A DNA stretch of 18,243 nt, taken from assembly GCA_048939245.1 (NCBI GenBank), contig JBHLPR010000043.1, positions 1 through 18,243 on the forward strand, given 5' to 3'. Source of the stretch: Promethearchaeota archaeon. Lineage in GTDB: Archaea; Asgardarchaeota; Hermodarchaeia; Hermodarchaeales; Hermodarchaeaceae. The translations under genes were made by a program, and so were the position numbers. The notes beneath the pieces are model-generated. The model searched no databases. It was not told the origin of the DNA and saw nothing but the letters and a program-made list of their open reading frames with translations. Below, piece by piece: positions 8,203 to 15,480 of this stretch (position 1 is its first letter; every line of letters begins with the position of its first letter).

Positions 8203-8961
8203 ATGCCAACACTCACCATAGAGAACAAACAGCTTAATTATCATATCCAAGGAACTGGTGTTCCTCTCGTAATGATTCATGGCTCGTTATGTCGTCATCG
8301 ATTATGGGATGAACAACTTACCTTAACCAATCATGCCCAACTGATTCGATTGGATTTACCTGGTCATGGTGAGTCTGAACCCCTAGAAGGAGCAATTACA
8401 ATTGAGAGATTCGCCCGCATCGTGGCACAACTAATACAGAAGTTAGGGCTAAAAACGGTAGTGCCTGTTGGGCATTCTTTAGGTGGGGCTGTCGCTCTTC
8501 AACTCGCCTTAGACTATTCAAGTCTTCTGAAAGGCTTGATCCTGATTGGAACAGGTGCGAAACTGGGGGTGCTGCCTGCCATACTAGAGGGATTACGCAC
8601 TGATTTTTCGCGTGGCGTTGAGTTGTCAATAGGACAACTGGGCTTTGCAGAAGGTGCAGCTCCCAACTTGATTGAATTTGCGAAAACTGAATGTCTTCGT
8701 TGTGATTCTACGATTGGGTATCAGGACTTTGTTGCCTGCAATGCGTTTGATATGCGTAATCGGATTCATGAGGTAGCACTTCCAACCTTGGTGGTAGTGG
8801 GTGATGAAGATCAATTAACTCCCGTTAAATGGGCTGCATACTTAGCTGACAAAATCACTAACGCACAATTGAAGATTATTCCACAGGCTGGTCATTTCGT
8901 GATGCTTGAACGCCCGGATGAGGTCAATCAGGCAATCATAGACTATCTGCAACAAGTGTAG
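8203..8961 (+). CDS. Alpha/beta fold hydrolase
   Basis: IHG oxyanion motif, DLPGHGES, nucleophile elbow GHSLGG, GDEDQLTP (Asp), AGH (His). Confidence 0.94.
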   Translation: MPTLTIENKQLNYHIQGTGVPLVMIHGSLCRHRLWDEQLTLTNHAQLIRLDLPGHGESEPLEGAITIERFARIVAQLIQKLGLKTVVPVGHSLGGAVALQLALDYSSLLKGLILIGTGAKLGVLPAILEGLRTDFSRGVELSIGQLGFAEGAAPNLIEFAKTECLRCDSTIGYQDFVACNAFDMRNRIHEVALPTLVVVGDEDQLTPVKWAAYLADKITNAQLKIIPQAGHFVMLERPDEVNQAIIDYLQQV

Positions 8962-9032
8962 TCTAAATGTATCTGAATTTTTGGCATTTGAGCAATGCCG
9001 TAATGGGAAACCACATAAACGTATGTTCTCAT

Positions 9033-9150
9033 ACCCAGCTTGCTTCTCTAACGGGCGGAGACGCTTGAGAAGTTTGGAAGGATGGTCGCATTGGCGGGAT
9101 CACATGCCACCCAGCTGTTGGCGATTCTTCTCGTCTCCGCCTCCCGCCAT
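9033..9150. ncRNA. Candidate GC-rich structured RNA element with pseudoknot or alternative pairings
   Basis: 15-bp bulged helix (9054-9072 with 9127-9141) and a crossing 8-bp helix (9092-9099 with 9142-9149). Strand unresolved. Confidence 0.4.
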
Positions 9151-9218
9151 TTTACTTTGACTACACGTTTTTTATTGTTATAGACAAGAATACTCACTTG
9201 TTTGAGGAAATGTAACCC

Positions 9219-10043
9219 ATGCCCGAATTACCTGATATAGTCGTGCTTGCAGAAAGTATGAAAGATGCCCTAATTCACAAAACAATTCTGGCAACAACGG
9301 TTCATCAACCGAAGGTATTGAATAAAGGAGTTACTACATTTCGTAAAGCCCTCAGAAACCGAACCTTTCAGGATTTTCATCAACGAGGTAAATGGATTAT
9401 TTGCGATTTTCATAATGATTCACATCTTGCCTTCAATTTAGGGATGGGAGGTGAATTACGAATTTATTGGCCACCCTTAATACCCGATCCCAAACGTGAA
9501 CGTGTGATTTTTTCTTTTCCAGATGGGAGTCAACTGTGGGTCCACTATTGGTGGTTTGGTCACGTTCATCAACTCAATCCGGGTGAACTTCAAAAACATC
9601 AGCAAATCGGTACCTTAGGAATCGAACCATTGAGTCAAGAATTCACGGAAGAAAAACTGGCTTCAATGCTTGAGAAGAAACGGGGTCGAATTAAAAGCTA
9701 CTTACTCGATCAACGGTTCATTGCAGGGATAGGAAATGTTTATGTACAGGATATTTTGTGGCATGCACGGCTCCATCCAAATCGGAAAACCAATACTCTT
9801 CAAACACAGGATATCGCAAAATTACACTATGCTATCCAGCATGTACTCCGGAAGGGTATTCGATATGGGCCTGGACCTGGTGAGCAAGATATTTGGGGGA
9901 ACCGGGGACAATGGGGCAAACAGCCAAGATGGCCACAAATTGCTTACAAAACTGGTAAACCATGTCCTATCTGTCAAACGCCAATTGAAGAACTTCGAGT
10001 GGGAAGTACTACCAGTTACATCTGTTCACAATGTCAAGTTTAA
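9219..10043 (+). CDS. Fpg/Nei-family DNA glycosylase/AP lyase (divergent)
   Basis: N-terminal MPELPD, RGK, LGM, H2TH motif LLDQRFIAGIGNVY, C-terminal zinc finger CPIC...CSQCQ. Confidence 0.92.
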   Translation: MPELPDIVVLAESMKDALIHKTILATTVHQPKVLNKGVTTFRKALRNRTFQDFHQRGKWIICDFHNDSHLAFNLGMGGELRIYWPPLIPDPKRERVIFSFPDGSQLWVHYWWFGHVHQLNPGELQKHQQIGTLGIEPLSQEFTEEKLASMLEKKRGRIKSYLLDQRFIAGIGNVYVQDILWHARLHPNRKTNTLQTQDIAKLHYAIQHVLRKGIRYGPGPGEQDIWGNRGQWGKQPRWPQIAYKTGKPCPICQTPIEELRVGSTTSYICSQCQV

Positions 10044-10108
10044 CAACCGGTCAATCTATTAATGAATACAATCGTGGTAGAATCTTAGAATTTGTTGTGG
10101 TATTCTCG

Positions 10109-10561
10109 ATGACACGTAAAGCAATTCAAGATCAATGGCCTGAGTGGAATTCTGTATGTTGGGGGTGTGGGCGGAATAATGAGCATGGTCTCCAATTGAA
10201 AAGTTACTGGGACGGAAATGAGACGATTGCACACTGGAAGCCTAAGCCCTATCATCTGGCATTTCCCGGAGTATTATGTGGAGGTATCATCGCTTCCTTG
10301 ATTGATTGCCATGCCACGAATACCGCAAATTCAGCTGCTTACAAAGCAAAAGGCTACGAAATTAGTTCAGAACCCCCCAAAGGTTATGTTACAGGTTCAC
10401 TTTTCATAAAGTATCTGAAACCAACTCCAGTAAATAATATGGTCACCCTTCGTGCTAAAGTGAAATCAATCCAAGGACGCAAAATCACAGTTACCTGTTC
10501 GCTCTATTCCGATGACGTCGAATGTGCTCAAGGTGAAGTGGTGGCTGTCGAAGTAGATTAA
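10109..10561 (+). CDS. PaaI-family (hotdog fold) thioesterase
   Basis: CWGCGRNNEHGL, PGVLCGGIIASLIDCH, VTGSLFIKYLKPTP. ATG 10109 is preferred over the overlapping 10031 start. Confidence 0.88.
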   Translation: MTRKAIQDQWPEWNSVCWGCGRNNEHGLQLKSYWDGNETIAHWKPKPYHLAFPGVLCGGIIASLIDCHATNTANSAAYKAKGYEISSEPPKGYVTGSLFIKYLKPTPVNNMVTLRAKVKSIQGRKITVTCSLYSDDVECAQGEVVAVEVD

Positions 10562-10659
10562 ACCTTTCGATAATAGATTATGCTGTAGCATCATTTTGGA
10601 ATGAGATTTACAAAGGTTAATGAGGGAATTAATCGCCAACATTACGCGGTGACATTTTC

Positions 10660-11427
10660 TTGAAAAAACGAATTCAGCCACATATACGGTTAGGCGAAGG
10701 CGATGTAGCTGATGTCGTATTCATTGCAGGCAACCCTGACAGAGTACCAAAAATCGCCGCGAAAATGAAAGACGCCAAAGAAATCGGTAACTATCGTGGT
10801 TTAGTATCCTATCAGGCATATACACCCAAAGGAGTTGAAGTGACAGTCGCTACTTCTGGCATGGGCACCCCATCAACACATATTGTGATCGAAGAATTGG
10901 CCAACTTAGGTGCAAAGATCTTTATCCGGATTGGGTCGTGCGGCGGGGTTAATCCAGAGATAAAAACTGGAGATGTTGTGGTCGCAACAGGTGCGGTTCG
11001 TGACGAACTAACCGGGACCAATTATGCTCCTTTGGAATATCCTGCTGTAGCGACAGCAGAAATCTATTCATCCCTACTAACTGCTATTTGGGAACTGCTA
11101 CCTGCAGATCGTATTCACGCAGGAATTGTCTGGTCAACCGATATCTACTATAACCATCGAGGTGCACACATACTCGATCAATGGACTCGAGCCAATGTTC
11201 AGTGCGTCGAAATGGAATCCTCACTTCTCTTTGTCTTTGCTCAGACTCGTGGATTACAGGCCGGATCCATTTTAGCCTGTGATGGTAACCTTCATGGGGA
11301 TCAAAAGGGTGAACAAAAGGATGAAACAGAACAGAGTGGTGAGCAAAATCCCTTACTGAATGAAGCGATCTCGAAAGAAATAGAGGCAGCTATCAAAGCG
11401 GTTGATGAGTTATACGCATCAGATTAG
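10660..11427 (+). CDS. Nucleoside phosphorylase (uridine/purine, PNP_UDP_1 family)
   Basis: QPHI, GNPDRV, GMGTPS, EEL..LG...FIRIGSCG, VEME. TTG start with GGTGA upstream. Confidence 0.93.
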   Translation: MKKRIQPHIRLGEGDVADVVFIAGNPDRVPKIAAKMKDAKEIGNYRGLVSYQAYTPKGVEVTVATSGMGTPSTHIVIEELANLGAKIFIRIGSCGGVNPEIKTGDVVVATGAVRDELTGTNYAPLEYPAVATAEIYSSLLTAIWELLPADRIHAGIVWSTDIYYNHRGAHILDQWTRANVQCVEMESSLLFVFAQTRGLQAGSILACDGNLHGDQKGEQKDETEQSGEQNPLLNEAISKEIEAAIKAVDELYASD

Positions 11428-11585
11428 GTAGTTTGATACCCTCAAGGGATACTGATAAGAAGCTTAATTGAGGATATAACTTGTTAAGGGATAACCTCCA
11501 ACTATCTCCAAAATCCTTCCCTCCAAACGGTCAATCATACCCTTCCCAATGACCGTTAAGGCTCATCAAAAAGGCGATTGATTCG

Positions 11586-11795
11586 ATGGCTAGATGTCTC
11601 CTCGGAAGGCACGATTATGTGCCCATGTACGCTAGACTCAACAATGATCCAGAGGGACCCATCGAAGGTGTTATGGAGGTATGTCGGAGATGCGGTGCCC
11701 AGAGGCCTCTTCAGGGTCTGCTACGGAAGGGTGCAAAATTATTTAACGAGAAAGGACAATGGTTAACGACCGTTGAAAAAGCCGCAGTTATCTAA
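11586..11795 (+). CDS. Small putative zinc-binding protein (C-x4-H...CxxC, DUF1660-like pattern)
   Basis: MARCLLGRHDY...EVCRRCG, 69 aa, occupying an otherwise empty gap. Confidence 0.6.
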   Translation: MARCLLGRHDYVPMYARLNNDPEGPIEGVMEVCRRCGAQRPLQGLLRKGAKLFNEKGQWLTTVEKAAVI

Positions 11796-11932
11796 TCCCT
11801 TTTACCAATTGGGGCAGGTTTCACATCTCCTTAAGCTACACTTAACGTTGAATAGCAGTGTAGCAACTCGTAAAGATTTATTTACCCTCATAAGAGAACA
11901 CTGCCTACCAAATATTCCTGGTGATCTGTAAT

Positions 11933-12109
11933 ATGGGTGTTACTTGTCATGATATGAAAAAAGGGCAAATATATGCCTGCGACGATTGTGGTTTGGAACT
12001 GCAAGTCGTCAATGAATGCGAAGAATGTGGAACTCCTGAAGATGCATGCGGGTGTGAAACCCACTGTACCTTCGAGTGCTGCGGAAAACCCCTGGCACTG
12101 AAAAAATAA
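11933..12109 (+). CDS. 58-aa Cys-rich desulforedoxin-like metal-binding protein
   Basis: KKGQIYACDDCGLELQVV...FECCGKPL matches the desulforedoxin CxxC...CCG pattern, with 10 Cys in total. GGTGA RBS at 11920-11924 and a T-tract after the stop. Confidence 0.8.
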   Translation: MGVTCHDMKKGQIYACDDCGLELQVVNECEECGTPEDACGCETHCTFECCGKPLALKK

Positions 12110-12135
12110 TTTATTTTTCACATTTTCGAGGGATT

Positions 12136-12495
12136 TCAGGGTTTGATATAAGCCCATCCCTCTGCCTGTTTCTTTACTAATTCACCTACGCCTGAGGCGA
12201 CAAACCCCACGACATCTAACATTGCTTCTTTAGTGAGATTATATACATTCAGAGAGTTTTGACATATCAGAAAGCGTACTCCACTTTTGACCAATGCTTC
12301 GATTTCCTCGTGGTTCATGTTCTTAGGCAGCTGAAAGAGCTTCACTCCAGCTCCATTCACGATGCATTCTATCTCTACTTGCTTTTCACCTAAATCCGTG
12401 AAAAGATTCTATATATTATTCAAGGCTAGTTTCAATCGAAAGGCACTGCCTTCATCAAGATGAAAGAGATAACGATATCGCGGCAAATCGGTCAC
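12136..12495 (-). pseudogene. DsrE-family (COG1416-like) gene with an in-frame TAG
   Basis: The frame upstream of the ORF-track start continues the family pattern: (M)TDLPRYRYLFHLDEGSAFRLKLALNNI*NLFTDLGEKQVEIECIVNGAGV...GVRFLICQNSL...SGVGELVKKQAEGWAYIKP, with TAG at 12409-12411. The start is GTG 12495 or TTG 12486. Confidence 0.85.
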
Positions 12496-12601
12496 AACCA
12501 CCCACTCATATAACATGGAAAAAATGTCCAGTATTTGGTTTTCGCGGTTCAACAAGTAAAGCTAAGGGTTGCTATCTCCTAATTATCAAGTGGTGAAGAA
12601 T

Positions 12602-13078
12602 ATGGCGGTTGGACGATTTCAAGTCATGGCCGTTTTACAGGCAGCACGCGCTCATATACTTGGATTAGCGCTTCCCTCTGCAAAAAGTTGGGGGTTAAAC
12701 CGGGCAATTTTCTATGCGGCCGCAAAACGCGGATTTAAAGGGCAAAAGCGTGTAAAACGATCCCGAAGTGAAGTAAAAGAAAAACCCATTAGCGATACTC
12801 CCGAAGCTTTTCATCTCGGTAGTGAGGTTGCCTTCAAGGCTCCAGAAGAAGACGGTCCCCTTTACTTTACAATTGGTGGAAAGGTTCAAACTGAAGCAGA
12901 ATTTACTCGTCAAATCGAAGCACGGTTTGGTGAATCCTTTACTCAGGCGTGGAAAGAAGCCTTGGAGTATGTGAAAAGCTTCGATGAAAAGACACTACTT
13001 TCGCAATCAGGATTTTATAATTCGGTGTACAAGCCAAAACGAGATGAATTAGCTTCGAAATGGTCTCAATCCGGTTAA
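12602..13078 (+). CDS. Uncharacterised protein
   Basis: Clean ORF with a globular-looking N-terminal block GRFQVMAVLQAARA...AKSWGLNRAIFYAAAKRGF, a basic linker and a helical C-terminus. No function recognised. TTG 12569 is an alternative start. Confidence 0.8.
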   Translation: MAVGRFQVMAVLQAARAHILGLALPSAKSWGLNRAIFYAAAKRGFKGQKRVKRSRSEVKEKPISDTPEAFHLGSEVAFKAPEEDGPLYFTIGGKVQTEAEFTRQIEARFGESFTQAWKEALEYVKSFDEKTLLSQSGFYNSVYKPKRDELASKWSQSG

Positions 13079-13203
13079 TAAAATGGGATAAGAGACTCTG
13101 TTGCCTTCAGTTAATTAGGATTGGGGAGTGCATTTAAGATGGACTTCCAGGTGTAGTCGAGAGAATTAATTTAAGTAATAATTAATGGGTGTGTTTTCTT
13201 CGC

Positions 13204-13258
13204 CTATCATTATTGAAGAACGATTCTAAAATAGAACTTCGTCTTCTATAATAGATAG
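13204..13258. repeat. 55-nt imperfect inverted repeat upstream of the DUF4185 gene
   Basis: CTATC-ATTAT-t-GAAG-a-ACGA-TTCTA-aaa-TAGAA-ct-TCGT-CTTC-t-ATAAT-a-GATAG, 23 pairs. Confidence 0.65.
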
Positions 13259-13280
13259 TGTTACTCGGAGGACTGAGACA

Positions 13281-14477
13281 ATGCGACGACGATGGTATGT
13301 CGTTATCCTCGCAGTTCTACTAATTCTTACTTTAGCAGTGTCTGCTTTTTTACTAGTTTTTCTTCCTCGGTGGACTCCGCTTCCGCATGAGATGGTATGC
13401 CAACTCACCGGGGAAGACGCTCTAAATGATACTACGGTCGTGAATGTATATGGGGCTGATGTTGGACTCATGGTGTTATTTCACGATCGTCTCAACTTCA
13501 TCTTCGGTGACACTTTTGGTCCAGATAAATGGGATTGGCGGTCCAATACCATGGCTTATACAATGGATTTGGACGCTTCAGATGGTATAATGCTTTCTGG
13601 TTGGGTAACTGATAATGCCACACATTTAGCGAAAGAATTGATCCATAGTGCAAAAGCTGATGAGGTCGAAAAAACCGTCATACCCACCGCGGCATATGCT
13701 CAGGAAGATTGTCTATACATTTTCTATATGTCAGTAATCAGTTGGGGCGATGCAGGTGATTGGACGTGTAACAATGCGAGCATCGCCTACACTTTTAATG
13801 GACATACATACATTGAAGCACATAACGTATCTTGGCCGGGAGATTCGAATTTCATTGAGTGGGGGCTCGTTAAAAGTGGGGAAGGTGCACCTGTAACTGG
13901 AGGTTACGCATATTTCCTCGCTACCGGAAGTGGACGCTATCATTCCTGCTATCTCGTTCGCGTTCCTGAACATCAAATCCTAAACCAAAGCAGTTACCAA
14001 TACTTCTCTGGATTTACCGTTACGAAGGTGCCAACATGGTCTTCAAATCATCTGGAAGCCCAGTCCGTAATAGAAGCACCAACAGGAGAAATCACAGTCA
14101 TGTGGAATCCTTATCTCAGCCACTACATGTTTATGAACCTAGATGATGTAGCAGGGAAACTGTACATACGGACTGCCCAATCACCTTGGGGGCCTTGGAG
14201 TTCACCCCGAACCATAATTTCGCGTCCTGAATACAGCGGGTTTTATGCTCCCAACATTGATCCGGTTTTAGTTGAAGATAACGGACGAATTGTCTACTTC
14301 ACAATGAGCCTTTGGAACGAATATAACGTCTATTTAATGAAAGTCGACCTCACTCAACTCAGTGGCTTCTTTCATCTTGAATTTAATGGAATTTTGGCTT
14401 CATCATATCTTTGGCTCTGTGGTTTAATGCTTCTGACGGAAATCACGGAGATCAACCGGTTCTTGTTAAAGAAGTGA
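13281..14477 (+). CDS. Membrane-anchored DUF4185-family protein (putative glycoside hydrolase)
   Basis: N-terminal RRR plus TM anchor, then GADVG, FGDTF, WRSNTMA, IPTA, YMSVISWG, PWGPWS, YFTMSLW..YNVYLM. GGAGG RBS at 13267-13271. Confidence 0.85.
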   Translation: MRRRWYVVILAVLLILTLAVSAFLLVFLPRWTPLPHEMVCQLTGEDALNDTTVVNVYGADVGLMVLFHDRLNFIFGDTFGPDKWDWRSNTMAYTMDLDASDGIMLSGWVTDNATHLAKELIHSAKADEVEKTVIPTAAYAQEDCLYIFYMSVISWGDAGDWTCNNASIAYTFNGHTYIEAHNVSWPGDSNFIEWGLVKSGEGAPVTGGYAYFLATGSGRYHSCYLVRVPEHQILNQSSYQYFSGFTVTKVPTWSSNHLEAQSVIEAPTGEITVMWNPYLSHYMFMNLDDVAGKLYIRTAQSPWGPWSSPRTIISRPEYSGFYAPNIDPVLVEDNGRIVYFTMSLWNEYNVYLMKVDLTQLSGFFHLEFNGILASSYLWLCGLMLLTEITEINRFLLKK

Positions 14478-14525
14478 AATTAAAAGCGATTAGTGTCTCA
14501 TAGACATCACTTTGAGGGACATAAA

Positions 14526-15449
14526 TTGAACGCAGAAATATATGATGTAATCATTATCGGTGGTGGACCTGCAGGATTATCCGCTGCTATTTACACGGCA
14601 AGAATGGGGAAAAAAACCCTGCTATTGGAAGGAAAAATTTATGGTGGTCGGACTGCAAAAGCACCGAATGTCTGGAATTATCCCGGGTTTCCCCAAGGCA
14701 TCAAGGGTATAGAGCTAATTGACTTAATGGTTAAACAAGCGGAAAAATACAAGGCTGATCTCAAATATGGCACTGAGGTTATAGATCTTCAACTCGTAGG
14801 AAAGACTAAGCAAGTGGTAACCCGTGATGCAACCTATCAGGGACACGCGATAATTGTTGCCACAGGAACCCACAGTAAAAAACTCCTTATTCCAGGTGAA
14901 ACTGAATTCGTAGGGCTGGGTGTTAGTTATTGTCCGGTTTGTGATGGTCCTCTCTATCGTGGGCTCAAAGTGGCTGTAATTGGATCAGGAACCGAAGCTT
15001 TCGAAGATGCCTTTTTCATGTCAAACATTGCAGAGCAGGTCACGTTGATCACGAATGCCCCTGATATCACAGCTGAACAAAAATTAGTGGAAGAAGCGAA
15101 AACAAAATCGAACATCGACATAGTGTCTGGAAAACCTCTCAACATTGTAGGAGATCAGGTGGTTACAGGACTCCGTTATCAGCATTTCGAAGAGGAAGCT
15201 GAAAAGGAGCTTCCTGCTGATGGAGTATTTGTGTCACTTGGTGGGGTTCCTCTTACGGCTCTTGTTAAAAAGGCCGGTATCACTGTAGATAACCGTGGCT
15301 GTATCAAAGTTACACGACAGCAAGCCACGAATCTCGAGGGAGTGTATGCTGCTGGTGATTGCACTTGTGGGGGTATGCAAGTTATTACTTCTGCAGGAGA
15401 AGGGGCTATGGCAGGGATACAAGCTTATCGCTTCACGAAGAAGCAGTAA
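14526..15449 (+). CDS. trxB: Thioredoxin-disulfide reductase-like flavoprotein
   Basis: DVIIIGGGPAGLSAAIY, NYPGF, IVATG, GVSYCPVCDG redox motif, GVYAAGD. TTG 14526 with GAGGGA upstream is preferred, with GTG 14493 as an alternative. Confidence 0.9.
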   Translation: MNAEIYDVIIIGGGPAGLSAAIYTARMGKKTLLLEGKIYGGRTAKAPNVWNYPGFPQGIKGIELIDLMVKQAEKYKADLKYGTEVIDLQLVGKTKQVVTRDATYQGHAIIVATGTHSKKLLIPGETEFVGLGVSYCPVCDGPLYRGLKVAVIGSGTEAFEDAFFMSNIAEQVTLITNAPDITAEQKLVEEAKTKSNIDIVSGKPLNIVGDQVVTGLRYQHFEEEAEKELPADGVFVSLGGVPLTALVKKAGITVDNRGCIKVTRQQATNLEGVYAAGDCTCGGMQVITSAGEGAMAGIQAYRFTKKQ

Positions 15450-15480
15450 CGCGTGTAAAGGGCTATTAGTATTAGGTCAA

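Noticed and set aside
8040-8228. 62-aa minus-strand ORF in the gap before the hydrolase
   Set aside because: It overlaps the hydrolase start and promoter and has no recognisable features.
9093-9149. tRNA-like acceptor stem GGCGGGA/TCCCGCC-A
   Set aside because: Only 57 nt, with no T-loop (TTCRA), D-arm or anticodon arm.
8842-9150. Minus-strand ORF MAGGGDEKNRQQLGGM-TGA-SRQC as a possible selenoprotein
   Set aside because: No UxxC/CxxU motif or known selenoprotein family, no recognisable SECIS, and readthrough would overlap the hydrolase gene antisense.
4227-12494. Recurring CGGTCA hexamer in several intergenic regions
   Set aside because: It also occurs inside coding sequence (near 2285 and 5489), and a 6-mer is expected several times in 18 kb.
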